A DNA stretch of 39,367 nucleotides from the NCBI GenBank assembly GCA_963978265.1, contig CAXBQV010000003.1:1-39367 (forward strand). The letters run 5' to 3'. Source of the DNA: an uncultured bacterium (GTDB lineage: Bacteria > Actinomycetota > Actinomycetes > S36-B12 > UBA5976). The notes below the pieces were generated by a model. That model saw only the letters and a list, made by a program, of their open reading frames with translations. It was not told the origin of the DNA and ran no database searches. Below, piece by piece: positions 8,304-17,718 of this stretch (its first letter is position 1; each line of letters opens with the position of its first letter). The translations under genes and the position numbers were made by a program.

Positions 8304-9014
8304 ATGACCCTTCGCATCCGTGAAGTCACCGTGCAGTACGGGGAGATGTCCGCATGTGCCGGCATCAACATCGACGTCCCGTCCGGCAAGGTGACGACGG
8401 TGGTCGGCGCAAACGGTGCAGGCAAATCAACACTGCTGCGGGCCTGCGCGGGCCTCGTGCGCATGCAGGCAGGACGAGTGCTGCTTGACGGCGCAGCAAT
8501 CCAACAGCTCTCCCCGAGCGAACGCGTGCACGCGGGACTCGCCTTTGTGCCAGAAGGTCGCGCCACGATTCCGGAACTCACCGTGGAGGAGAACCTCGCA
8601 CTCGGAGGTCTCACACGATCGCGTGAACGAAGCCGCAAGCGCGCAATGGAGATGCTGGAGCTCTTTCCTTCACTCGCAGCACGCAGGTCAATGCGCGCAA
8701 CCGTGCTGAGCGGTGGTGAACGCCAGCAGTTGGCGATCGCACGTGCACTGATGGCCGAGCCGCGCACATTATTGCTCGATGAACCGAGCCTCGGCCTCGC
8801 GCCGCTGGTGGTGACCCAGATGCTCGAACTCGTCCAGCGTCTCGCCGTAGAGACATCCCTTGGCATCCTGCTCGTGGAACAGAACGCTGCGAAGGCCCTG
8901 CAGATCGCGGATCATGCCTATGTGTTGTCGCTCGGCAAGGTTGTTGCCGACGGACCGGCGGAAACGATCGCAAGCGACGCGCGTCTTCTCCATGCATATC
9001 TGGGGGTGGCGTGA
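8304..9014 (+). CDS. livF: HAAT/Liv-type ABC ATP-binding protein (LivF-like)
   Basis: GANGAGKS, VPEGR, LSGGERQ, LDEPSLGLAP, VEQN, AYLG. Confidence 0.92.
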   Translation: MTLRIREVTVQYGEMSACAGINIDVPSGKVTTVVGANGAGKSTLLRACAGLVRMQAGRVLLDGAAIQQLSPSERVHAGLAFVPEGRATIPELTVEENLALGGLTRSRERSRKRAMEMLELFPSLAARRSMRATVLSGGERQQLAIARALMAEPRTLLLDEPSLGLAPLVVTQMLELVQRLAVETSLGILLVEQNAAKALQIADHAYVLSLGKVVADGPAETIASDARLLHAYLGVA

Positions 9015-9889
9015 TGCAGTTGCTCAACACACTGCTTTCCGGTCTCAGTAGCGGCGTTGTCTATGGACTCATTGCGCTTGCCGTTGTGTTCGTGTGGCGC
9101 TCGAGCCGCGCAGTGAATTTCGCCCAGGCGGGTCAGGCAATGATCTCCGCCTTCGTCGCACTGACCGTGATGACATCGACGGGGAACTGGCTGCTTGCCA
9201 TCACAGCCGGAGCAATCGTCGGCGTGCTCGTCGGCGCGATCTCCTACGCACTGGTGCGCCGCGCATTGCGGACCCAGGGTGTCAGTGGTGCGCTCATCTC
9301 CTCGTTGGGCCTGCTCGCAGTGTTCCAATCCGTCGCGGCGATGATCTGGGGCGGTGACATCCGCTACTTCGCAGCACCTGTCTCAACCGACGGTTTGAAG
9401 ATCGGTGGTTCGACGCTGCTGTTCAGTTCCTACGACGCGCTCGTTCTTGTTGTGTCGCTCGCCCTTGTTGCCGGTCTATCGCTGTTCATGCAGCGCACTC
9501 GAATCGGCCTCTCCATGCGCGCCGCCGCATTCCACGAAGAAGTGGCGCGTATCAGCGGTGTCCGCGTTGGCCGGATGCTGCTCCTCGGGTGGGCGATCGC
9601 GGGAGGAATCGGCGGCATCGCTGGCGTGCTCATCGCGCCGCTGTCGTATCTGTCACCGAATTCCTTCGACATCATGATCGTGTTCGCATTCACCGCGGCG
9701 GTCGTCGGAGGCTTGGATTCGCCGGTCGGTGCGATGGTGGGCGGCGTCACCACTGGTCTGCTGCTGGCGATCGTCACCACGTACAGCCAGGCTGCTGATG
9801 CGCCTATTGCAGCACTCGTGGTACTTGTGCTCACACTCCTACTGCGACCGAGTGGTCTGTTCGGCACCCGATCGGTTCGGAGCGTGTAG
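9011..9889 (+). CDS. livH: HAAT/Liv-type permease (LivH-like)
   Basis: G.VYGLIA, VNFAQ, TRIGLSMRA, FTAAVVGGL, RPSGLFG. Confidence 0.92.
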   Translation: MMQLLNTLLSGLSSGVVYGLIALAVVFVWRSSRAVNFAQAGQAMISAFVALTVMTSTGNWLLAITAGAIVGVLVGAISYALVRRALRTQGVSGALISSLGLLAVFQSVAAMIWGGDIRYFAAPVSTDGLKIGGSTLLFSSYDALVLVVSLALVAGLSLFMQRTRIGLSMRAAAFHEEVARISGVRVGRMLLLGWAIAGGIGGIAGVLIAPLSYLSPNSFDIMIVFAFTAAVVGGLDSPVGAMVGGVTTGLLLAIVTTYSQAADAPIAALVVLVLTLLLRPSGLFGTRSVRSV

Positions 9890-10881
9890 TGATGCGGTCG
9901 ATTCGGCAATTGCTGTTGATGATCACGATCGTGATCGTCGTTGGGTTCGCATGGGTGCTGCTCAACGATCGCGTGGACGCCCTGTGGAACCTCCGACTCG
10001 CATACATCGCGATGTACGCAACTGTGTTGTCCGGCATGGTGCTGCTCGTCGGTCACAGTGGTCAGGTATCGCTTGGGCACGGCGCGTTCATGGCTGTTGG
10101 CGGCTACACCTTTGCGTTGGCGCTCACCCGCGGCTGGTCGTTGCCGATCGCATTCGTCGCCGTGGTTGTCGTCGGCATCGTGTTCGGTCTCGGCGTCGGT
10201 GTGGTTGCTGCACGCCTGAGTGGCCCGTACCTCGCCGGCTTGACGCTCGGACTCGCGGTCGGTCTTCCCGCGCTTGCGAATCGTTTTCCGGAACTCCTCG
10301 GCGGCGACAGTGGGCTGCTCCTCGACGGGCCGTACCCACCAGACTCCTTCGGCATGGACTTCCCCCTCGAGCGGTGGCAGTCGTGGATCGCAGGAGCGGT
10401 CGGCATCGTCGCGTTCACGATGATCGCGGCCCTCATCACCTCTCCTGCCGGACGCGCGATCCGTGCGGTGCGGGACCATGAGGTTGCAGCGGCGCTCGCC
10501 GGCGTCGATCGATCCCGCACGAAGATCGCCGCCTTCGCGGTATCGGCAGTCTGCGCAGCGCTCGCGGGTGCAGTGCTGACGACGATCCTCGGACTGGCCG
10601 CCCCGGGAGCCTTCGGCATCGGGCTGTCACTGTCGCTGCTCGTGGGCGTTGTCGTCGGCGGCCGGCAGAGCCTCGTTGGCGCCGGGATCGGGGCGCTGCT
10701 CCTTGCACTCCTGCCGGAGCTCCTCGGGAATGCCGTGAGCGGCCTCGCCTTGCCCGAACGGATAGCCGTGAACCTCGCCGGCCTCGTGTACGGCCTGCTG
10801 CTCCTTTTGACCGTTGGGCTAGCGCCGGCGGGAGTTGCCGGATTGTTGCGACGCGTTGGCCGGAATCGCCTTCCGCAGTAG
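9889..10881 (+). CDS. livM: HAAT/Liv-type permease (LivM-like)
   Basis: GQVSLGHGAFMAVGGY, RLSGPYLA..TL, SPAGRAIRAVRD.E.AA. Confidence 0.92.
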   Translation: MMRSIRQLLLMITIVIVVGFAWVLLNDRVDALWNLRLAYIAMYATVLSGMVLLVGHSGQVSLGHGAFMAVGGYTFALALTRGWSLPIAFVAVVVVGIVFGLGVGVVAARLSGPYLAGLTLGLAVGLPALANRFPELLGGDSGLLLDGPYPPDSFGMDFPLERWQSWIAGAVGIVAFTMIAALITSPAGRAIRAVRDHEVAAALAGVDRSRTKIAAFAVSAVCAALAGAVLTTILGLAAPGAFGIGLSLSLLVGVVVGGRQSLVGAGIGALLLALLPELLGNAVSGLALPERIAVNLAGLVYGLLLLLTVGLAPAGVAGLLRRVGRNRLPQ

Positions 10882-10956
10882 GGCCTTTGGGTCTACGTTC
10901 TCGTGTCATCTGATACCCAGCAGATCAACTGGGAGAAGTCACTGTGGAGGTCACTC

Positions 10957-12213
10957 GTGCTTCGTGTACCCACTCGCCTGACGGTGGCGGTCGCCGTAGC
11001 AGCACTGGCTGCCGGCTTCATGCCGTCTGCCACGGCTGCCGAGGTGGGGGTCAGCGCTACTGAGATCAAGATCGGCGCTCACCTGCCACTGACAGGTCCT
11101 GCCTCACCGGGCTACAAGGACGTCGGTCCAGCCATCAAGGCGTATTTCGACTACGTGAATGCCAACGGTGGCATCAATGGTCGCAAGGTCAACTTCGTGT
11201 ACAAGGACGACAAGTACGACCCGGCGCAGACCAAGCGCGTGGTGTCGTCACTGCTGCTCCAGGACAAGGTGTTCGCGATCATGAGTGGTCTCGGCACCGC
11301 AACGCATTCGACGGTGGTCAAAGACCTCAATCGACGCGCCGTCCCGGATCTCATGGTCTTGTCCGGCTACAGCGGTTTCGCTGATGCAAAGAAGTACCCG
11401 ACGACATTCCCGGGTCTTCCCTCGTACATCGTGGAAGCCAAGGTTATGGCGAAGTTCATCTCGGATACCGATGCTTTGAAGTCGAAGAAGGCGTGCCTGC
11501 TCTTCCAGGACGACGATTTCGGTCGTGACGCGAGGAAGGGCTTCGCGGCTGCCGGGTTCTCCTTTGCTGCGACGCAGGGCTACAACGCGGCGCTGCTTGC
11601 AAGCACCGGTGTGAAGACGCAGATCGGTGCGTTTGCCGCTGCAAAGTGCGAACTGGTCGTCGTCTTCGGTGTGACCGCGGCAACCGCAAACGCGATCGCA
11701 ACCGCGAAGGCGCTCGGTTTCAGCCCTGACTGGCTCGCATCATCGGTTGGTGCGGACAAGAAGACGCTCGACGATCTCGGTGTTCCGAAGGTGCTGCTCA
11801 CCGGCGTTTACTCGCCGAACGTGATGCCTGCTCCGGAAAACACTTCTGATCCGTACATCGCGTTGATCTCCAAGATCCTCACCGACGCAGGTGTGCCGGT
11901 GACGTCGTACACGGTCGCGGGTGTCAACAACGCATTCCTCGTCGCTCAGGCGATCAAGGCTGCGGGCAAGAAGTTGACGCGCAAGGGCCTGCTTGCCGCA
12001 ATGAGCAAGGCATCGGGCTTCAAGACGGCGGCACTTGTCGCCTATGACGGTGCCTCGCGACAGGGCTACAACGGCTTCTTCGTCGGGCGTTATGACACCA
12101 GCCTCGTCCAGAAGCAGGTGTCCGCGAGCGTCTACCAGACCGATTCCGGTTCCGGAGCGGTTGTGGCATCCACCTTCTCTCGTCCGGCAGCGCCGGCGAA
12201 GTTGATTCCGTGA
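10957..12213 (+). CDS. Liv-family (Peripla_BP_6) ABC substrate-binding protein
   Basis: GVSATEIKIG, PLTGPA, YVNANGGINGRK, DDKYDP, QDDDFG. RBS GGAGG before GTG 10957; Sec signal ending ATAA. Confidence 0.92.
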   Translation: MLRVPTRLTVAVAVAALAAGFMPSATAAEVGVSATEIKIGAHLPLTGPASPGYKDVGPAIKAYFDYVNANGGINGRKVNFVYKDDKYDPAQTKRVVSSLLLQDKVFAIMSGLGTATHSTVVKDLNRRAVPDLMVLSGYSGFADAKKYPTTFPGLPSYIVEAKVMAKFISDTDALKSKKACLLFQDDDFGRDARKGFAAAGFSFAATQGYNAALLASTGVKTQIGAFAAAKCELVVVFGVTAATANAIATAKALGFSPDWLASSVGADKKTLDDLGVPKVLLTGVYSPNVMPAPENTSDPYIALISKILTDAGVPVTSYTVAGVNNAFLVAQAIKAAGKKLTRKGLLAAMSKASGFKTAALVAYDGASRQGYNGFFVGRYDTSLVQKQVSASVYQTDSGSGAVVASTFSRPAAPAKLIP

Positions 12214-12221
12214 GGACGGTC

Positions 12222-13877
12222 ATGAAGTTCAATTCAATGCGTTCACGTGCCCTTACGGCATTCACCTCGCTTGTCATGGTCGCTGGACTCGCAGTTGCGA
12301 GCCCGGCAAGTGCGGAAACGAAGACCGTCTGCTACCCGGGTGAGACCCTGCATCAGTGCGCAGGCGATCTCGGCAACGGTCTCGGTTCCTATGACGTGCT
12401 GCTTCCCAGCAACTTCAACGGCACTCTGTTGCTGTTCTTCCACGGCATTCGCTTCGGCAAGAACACACCGGTGCTGCAGTCGTTGAAGGCAGCAGGTATC
12501 GATTACTCGAAGGATCCGAGCTACAGCTCGGTCACGGTTCCCGGTTTTGGTCCGGCGTGGGTCGCAAACGGCCGCGCCGAACTCGCCCCCGGCGGCAGTG
12601 AGGCACTCGCGCAGGCGATGATGGCCAAGGGCTTCGGCGTTGCCGGCCTCGGCTACGGCGCAACGCAGAGCTGGGCGGTCCAGGAAGCCCTGGCTGCCGG
12701 TCAGGCCTTCGTGAAGTTGGCACAGGGCGGCTATGTCCACGGCATGAAGCGGATCATCGTGTGGAGCGAGAGCATGGGCACGTTGCCTGCGCTCAAGCTT
12801 GCGGAGACCACCCCCGGTATCGCCGGCATGTACTCAACCTGCCCGACGCCGCCGTCGACTGAGCTCGCGTTCTCCCAGGCGCTCGATGCACTCTACGTGC
12901 TGAAGGTGCTCGGCGGCCTCGATCTCAAGCTCACGTATTCCGCGGGTCCTGCTGGCCTCGGCGAGGCGTACGGCGACTTCACCAAGGTGCTCGGATTCCT
13001 CGGTGACATCCGGGCCGACGCCAACTCGGTTGCCTCGACGAAACTGCTGAAGCGCAACGTCGTTCTGCTCGCCGGTCTGATCGCCGGTCTGCCGGAGGCG
13101 TCCGCCACATATGACGGCATCACCACCGGAGGTCCGCTCCTCGCGTCGCAGCTCAACTCGAGCGCTGCAATGGCCGAGAACCTCGGTGCTGCCGCACTGC
13201 TCGCAACCGTTCTCCGGTTCGACGTCGAATCACGTATTCGCGTCGCTGGTGGCATTGCAACCGGCAGTGCGAACTTCACAGACAACGTGAACACGTCGTA
13301 CACCGATCTGTTGAGTGACGAACAGCGTGCCCAGTACGAGACATTCCTCAACCTCGGTGGCACCAATGTCGTCGACATGATGCTCGCTGCACTCGATGCA
13401 TCGAAGGGCAAGGAAGCCGGTCGCTACGCTGCGAACCCTGCAGCAGTGGCAGCCGCAAAGGCGACCTTCCCGGAGTACACCGGCGTTGCGAAGATTCCGA
13501 CGGTGCTCGTCGGCTATGAAGTCGATAACGTCACGCAGGCCGGACAGGTTGCCCGCTACGTCGATACGACGAAGGCAGCGACCAAGAAGGGCAAGCAGCC
13601 GCTGGCTGTCGGCGTCTATGCGGCAGCACCTGCTGATGGCTGGACCGTCCTCGGAAACGATGCTGCAACTGCAGCGAAGCGCACCAGCGGCATCGGCCAC
13701 TGCGGCGGTTCGTCGAGCCTCACCGGGCCACAGCACGTTGCATTGATGCCGGCTCTCGACATGTGGGTCCGGAAGGGCGCCAAGCCGGGAATAGCAGCCA
13801 TTAAGGCGGTTCGTGCCACCACCGGACTCGGCTTCCAGAGTGATCCGCTCTGGGAACCGGTTGCGGTCAAGCGCTAA
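12222..13877 (+). CDS. Secreted alpha/beta-hydrolase-fold protein (putative esterase)
   Basis: Signal peptide ending PASA; NFNGTLLLFFHG; nucleophile-elbow-like WSESMG; late D (EVDNV) and GIGHC. RBS GAGGA. Confidence 0.7.
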   Translation: MKFNSMRSRALTAFTSLVMVAGLAVASPASAETKTVCYPGETLHQCAGDLGNGLGSYDVLLPSNFNGTLLLFFHGIRFGKNTPVLQSLKAAGIDYSKDPSYSSVTVPGFGPAWVANGRAELAPGGSEALAQAMMAKGFGVAGLGYGATQSWAVQEALAAGQAFVKLAQGGYVHGMKRIIVWSESMGTLPALKLAETTPGIAGMYSTCPTPPSTELAFSQALDALYVLKVLGGLDLKLTYSAGPAGLGEAYGDFTKVLGFLGDIRADANSVASTKLLKRNVVLLAGLIAGLPEASATYDGITTGGPLLASQLNSSAAMAENLGAAALLATVLRFDVESRIRVAGGIATGSANFTDNVNTSYTDLLSDEQRAQYETFLNLGGTNVVDMMLAALDASKGKEAGRYAANPAAVAAAKATFPEYTGVAKIPTVLVGYEVDNVTQAGQVARYVDTTKAATKKGKQPLAVGVYAAAPADGWTVLGNDAATAAKRTSGIGHCGGSSSLTGPQHVALMPALDMWVRKGAKPGIAAIKAVRATTGLGFQSDPLWEPVAVKR

Positions 13878-13883
13878 CGAAAT

Positions 13884-13918
13884 CGAAAGGGGCACCACCG
13901 GAGGTGGTGCCCCTTTCG
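13884..13918. terminator. Bidirectional intrinsic terminator-like hairpin
   Basis: CGAAAGGGGCACCACC-GGA-GGTGGTGCCCCTTTCG, perfect 16-bp stem between convergent genes. Confidence 0.85.
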
Positions 13919-13927
13919 TATGCGCAT

Positions 13928-14437
13928 CTATGCAAGAACGCTCGTTTGCACATGCTCGAAGATCAGATTCGTCACGGTGTTCGCCACGTCGTCGCGGCGA
14001 CTCAGATGTTCGGCGACGAAGTCTCGTACTGCATCGGTGCTTGCAGCAGCGATGTGCAACATGAAGTCATCGGCACCGCCAAGGAAGAACACATTCATGA
14101 CTCCGGGCAGGTTCGCTACTTCCTTTGCGAATGTGCCGACATGGGATCGGGTGCTCGCCTTCAATCGGACTGCGATGAGCACCTGCACACCGAGTCCGAT
14201 GGCACCGGGATCGATGTCGGCGTGGAATCCGCGGATGACGCCGCGATCCTGCAAGGAACGGATCCGACCGAGGCACGTTGATGGCGCAATCCCGATGTCC
14301 TCGGCAATGGCGTTGTTCGTCATCCGGCCGTCTTGGCCGAGCAGGCGGATGATCTGCCGGTCGATGGCATCGAGTTCCCGAAGAAGATTCGATTCGACGG
14401 CCGAATCAACGGCAGATTTCGCAGAATATGCAGACAT
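13928..14437 (-). CDS. aldR: Lrp/AsnC regulator (AldR-like), divergent from ald
   Basis: LDAIDRQII..L..DGRMTN..IA..IGIAPSTC..RIR.L...GVIRGF HTH; GADDFMLHI RAM domain; adjacent to ald. Confidence 0.9.
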   Translation of the reverse strand: MSAYSAKSAVDSAVESNLLRELDAIDRQIIRLLGQDGRMTNNAIAEDIGIAPSTCLGRIRSLQDRGVIRGFHADIDPGAIGLGVQVLIAVRLKASTRSHVGTFAKEVANLPGVMNVFFLGGADDFMLHIAAASTDAVRDFVAEHLSRRDDVANTVTNLIFEHVQTSVLA

Positions 14438-14503
14438 GTCGCCAGTCTAGAGAATGTTCTGCGGAAATCTAGCAGCCTTCTCGCTGATTCTTCAGAATTA
14501 TCG
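14382..14503. promoter_or_regulatory. Candidate phased Lrp/AldR operator array
   Basis: Degenerate AGAA-n3-TC boxes at 14382, 14402, 14423, 14451, 14472 (reverse) and 14494. Confidence 0.45.
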
Positions 14504-14523
14504 AATTCACCACTGGAGGATGC

Positions 14524-15639
14524 ATGAAGGTCGGCGTACCCCGCGAGATCAAGAACCACGAGTACCGCGTTGCGATCACGCCGGCAGGCGTGCACGAGTT
14601 CGTGGTGCACGGGCATGAAGTGTTCATCGAACACGATGCAGGCATCGGCTCGTCAATCAGCAATGAGGAGTACGCCAAGGCCGGCGCCAAGATCCTCCCG
14701 ACCGCCGATGATGTCTGGAACACCGCCGATCTCATCCTCAAGGTCAAGGAGCCGATTGCCGATGAGTACCACCGGATGCGCAACGGCCAGGTGCTCTTCA
14801 CCTATCTCCACCTCGCGGCGTCGAAGCCATGCACGGATGCGCTGATGGAACGAGGCGTCACATCGATTGCCTACGAGACCGTGCAGTTGCCTGACGGATC
14901 GCTCCCACTGCTGGCGCCGATGAGTGAAGTGGCAGGCCGGCTGGCACCGCAGGTCGGATCGCACGCACTGATGCGAGCACAGGGTGGACGAGGCACGCTG
15001 CTCGGTGGCGTGACCGGCGTCCGTGCCGCCACTGTCGTCGTCCTCGGAGCCGGTGTGGCAGGTGTGAATGCAGCTTTGATCGCGCATGGAATGCAGGCGC
15101 GCGTGATGATCCTCGACAAGTCGGTGGCACGACTGCGGCAGGTGGATCTGCAGTTCAACGGTGAGATCCAGACGATCACATCGAATGCATTCGAGGTCGA
15201 GCAGGCCGTGCTCGAGGCGGACATGGTGATCGGCGCTGTGCTGATTCCAGGTGCAAAGGCGCCGAAGTTGGTGACGAATGAACTCGTCAGCCGTATGAAG
15301 CCCGGCTCGGTACTTGTTGACATCTCGATCGATCAGGGCGGCTGCTTCGAGGACTCCCGTCCGACGACACATGCGGATCCCACCTACAAGGTGCACAACT
15401 CGATCTTCTACTGCGTCGCGAATATGCCCGGCGCTGTTCCGCACACCTCGACGTATGCCCTCACGAATGTCACGCTGCCGTACGCAGTGGCGCTGGCGGA
15501 CAAGGGTTGGAAGAAGGCACTGCAGGACGATCAAGCACTCGCAAAGGGATTGAGCACACATGCCGGCAACCTCACCGAGGAGCACGTGGCGGAAGCACAC
15601 GGCATGCCGTACGTGCCATTGGCCGACGTCCTCGCGTAA
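14524..15639 (+). CDS. ald: Alanine dehydrogenase
   Basis: GVPREIKNHEYRV, KVKEP, LFTYLHLAA, PLLAPMSEVAGR, DISIDQGGCFE, VANMPGAV. RBS GGAGG. Confidence 0.98.
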   Translation: MKVGVPREIKNHEYRVAITPAGVHEFVVHGHEVFIEHDAGIGSSISNEEYAKAGAKILPTADDVWNTADLILKVKEPIADEYHRMRNGQVLFTYLHLAASKPCTDALMERGVTSIAYETVQLPDGSLPLLAPMSEVAGRLAPQVGSHALMRAQGGRGTLLGGVTGVRAATVVVLGAGVAGVNAALIAHGMQARVMILDKSVARLRQVDLQFNGEIQTITSNAFEVEQAVLEADMVIGAVLIPGAKAPKLVTNELVSRMKPGSVLVDISIDQGGCFEDSRPTTHADPTYKVHNSIFYCVANMPGAVPHTSTYALTNVTLPYAVALADKGWKKALQDDQALAKGLSTHAGNLTEEHVAEAHGMPYVPLADVLA

Positions 15640-15663
15640 TCATGCGACCCTAGGGTCGTGGGC

Positions 15664-16089
15664 GTGAATCTCGAACCCGACGAAGCGGGGGACGTCTTCG
15701 GCGACGAAGATCCGGGTCAGCATCGCGCGGAAGTACGACGCCGTTGGGGCACAACCGAGGCGTACCGGGAATCCGAGCGCCGCACGAATGCCTACTCCAA
15801 AGAGGATTGGTTGCTGCAGCGCAAGGAGAGCGAAGCAGTCAACCAACTGTTTATCGACGCGATGCTCGCTGGGTATCCGCCGGACAGCCAGCCCGCGAAG
15901 AATGCCGCGGAGGAGCATCGGCGGCAGATCGACAAGTGGTTCTACGAGTGCTCATACGACATGCACACGGGGCTGGGCGAGATGTACGTTGCGGATGCCC
16001 GGTTCACGCAGCATTACGAGGCCGTACACCCCGGACTCGCCAGGTATGTCTCCGACGCGATCATTGCGAACGCACTCGACCACATGTAG
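15664..16089 (+). CDS. Stand-alone TipAS antibiotic-recognition domain protein
   Basis: RWGTTEAYRES.RR, AEEHR, ECSYDMHTGLGEMYVADARF, PGLARYV.DAI.ANA; no MerR HTH. Start 15664 or 15658. Confidence 0.88.
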   Translation: MNLEPDEAGDVFGDEDPGQHRAEVRRRWGTTEAYRESERRTNAYSKEDWLLQRKESEAVNQLFIDAMLAGYPPDSQPAKNAAEEHRRQIDKWFYECSYDMHTGLGEMYVADARFTQHYEAVHPGLARYVSDAIIANALDHM

Positions 16090-16092
16090 GAG

Positions 16093-17718
16093 CTATCTCA
16101 GGAACAGCACCAGCAGTGGTGCGATGAATACCTTCGAGATCATCGCTGCTGGGTAGGCGAACGAATATGCGAGATTGACGTTCGGGTTGAACTTCAAGCG
16201 CTCATTGACGAACACCAGCACGGCTGGCTGCGTCTGTGAGCCGGCCAACTGCCCGGCGGTTTCGAAGACGCGGGTACGGAACACGAACCGTGCCAATGCA
16301 ATCTGCAGGATGGCTGACGTGAGCGTGACGCAGACACCGATCCCCAGCACGGTCACCCACGGTGTGCCCGAAAGGGAACCGAACAGTGCAGCACCTGCCT
16401 TGGAGCCGGCATACATGAGGAACAGGAGCAAGCCGAGCTCGCTCATCGCGGACGATGCTGCAAACGGAACGGTCCAGACAAACCTCCCCGTGCGCTGCAG
16501 CTTGCCGAGCACCAGGCCGGCGACCAGCGGGCCACCGGCGTTGCCGAGCATGAGCGAGACTCCGTTCGGCAACGGCAACGCGATGGCGCCGAGTGCCACA
16601 CCGAGCCCGATTCCGACCATGGTTGCAACTGGATTGATGTTCCCGGCCTCGCGTTCCTGATCGCCGAAGAATCTCGCGACCTTGGCGAGCTGGTCCTGTG
16701 CAGCGGTGACGCGCACGCGGTCACCGAGTGCGAGCACGAAGTCATCCGTAGCGAGATGATCGATGGAACCGCGACGAACCCGGGTTGCGACTGCTCCGAA
16801 CTTGTGCCCGAGCTTCAATTCGCCGATGGTTCGTCCGGCCACTTCCGACTTCGTGACGATGATCCGACGGAAGTCCACGTCCTTGCGGTCGAGTGGGAGA
16901 TGCAATGTGGACGCATGTCCGAGTCGCTCGACCATCTTGTCGACGACATCCTGCGGACCGATGGCGGTCACGATGTCTCCCGGAACGGGCCAGTGTTCGT
17001 CCAGTGCGATAGTCACCAACCGGTTGTGGCGGTAGCGGGAGAACACGACCTTGTGCCCGAACTCCTCCACGAGCATGCCGAGTGGTGGCAGCCCCTCCTT
17101 ATCGACGCGGATGCTCGTATGCACGAGTTCCACGTTCTCCTTGGCGGCCTCGGCAGCGACTTCGCGCATATCCCGCGTGACGAACCAACCGGCCGCCAAC
17201 ATGACGAGCACACCGCCGAGGTACGTGATTGAGTAGCCGATGGTGATGCCAGCAGCCATTTCGGGCTTCGCAGCGGAGGCTGCCGCAAGTGCAGGTGTAT
17301 TCGTGAGTGCTCCGGTGTACAGACCGGCAATCGTCGCGACATCCAGACCTGCGGCTCGACCAAGTCCGATCGCCATTGCCGCGCCGGCCGCCATGGCCGC
17401 AACCACGGCAACGACCGGACCGAGCGCCGTTTTCAGTGAGCCGAAGAACGCCGGTCCCGACGAGACGCCGATGAGATACGCGAAGATCGCGAGCCCGAAC
17501 TCACCAAGGATCTTGAGTTCCGGCAGCATCTCCAACGCCTTGGTCTCGGAGTCGATGGCAAGGTCGTGCGTTGCGAAGTATCCGGAGAACCCAATCGCCA
17601 GAAAGAGCACCGCTGCAGGCCCGAGGCTGAAGGACTTGAGTTTGAAATGTCCGATGTAGGAACCGATGCCGAGCACGATGGCGATGTAGAAGATGGTGTG
17701 CGTTGCGAGGAACTCCAT
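16093..17718 (-). CDS. AspT/YidE/YbjL family transporter with TrkA-C domain
   Basis: SLGPAAVLF, GLAIFAY.IG..SGP.FF, GALTNTPAL, GYSITY, second repeat LGNAGGPL, GSQTQPAVL. Confidence 0.93.
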   Translation of the reverse strand: MEFLATHTIFYIAIVLGIGSYIGHFKLKSFSLGPAAVLFLAIGFSGYFATHDLAIDSETKALEMLPELKILGEFGLAIFAYLIGVSSGPAFFGSLKTALGPVVAVVAAMAAGAAMAIGLGRAAGLDVATIAGLYTGALTNTPALAAASAAKPEMAAGITIGYSITYLGGVLVMLAAGWFVTRDMREVAAEAAKENVELVHTSIRVDKEGLPPLGMLVEEFGHKVVFSRYRHNRLVTIALDEHWPVPGDIVTAIGPQDVVDKMVERLGHASTLHLPLDRKDVDFRRIIVTKSEVAGRTIGELKLGHKFGAVATRVRRGSIDHLATDDFVLALGDRVRVTAAQDQLAKVARFFGDQEREAGNINPVATMVGIGLGVALGAIALPLPNGVSLMLGNAGGPLVAGLVLGKLQRTGRFVWTVPFAASSAMSELGLLLFLMYAGSKAGAALFGSLSGTPWVTVLGIGVCVTLTSAILQIALARFVFRTRVFETAGQLAGSQTQPAVLVFVNERLKFNPNVNLAYSFAYPAAMISKVFIAPLLVLFLR

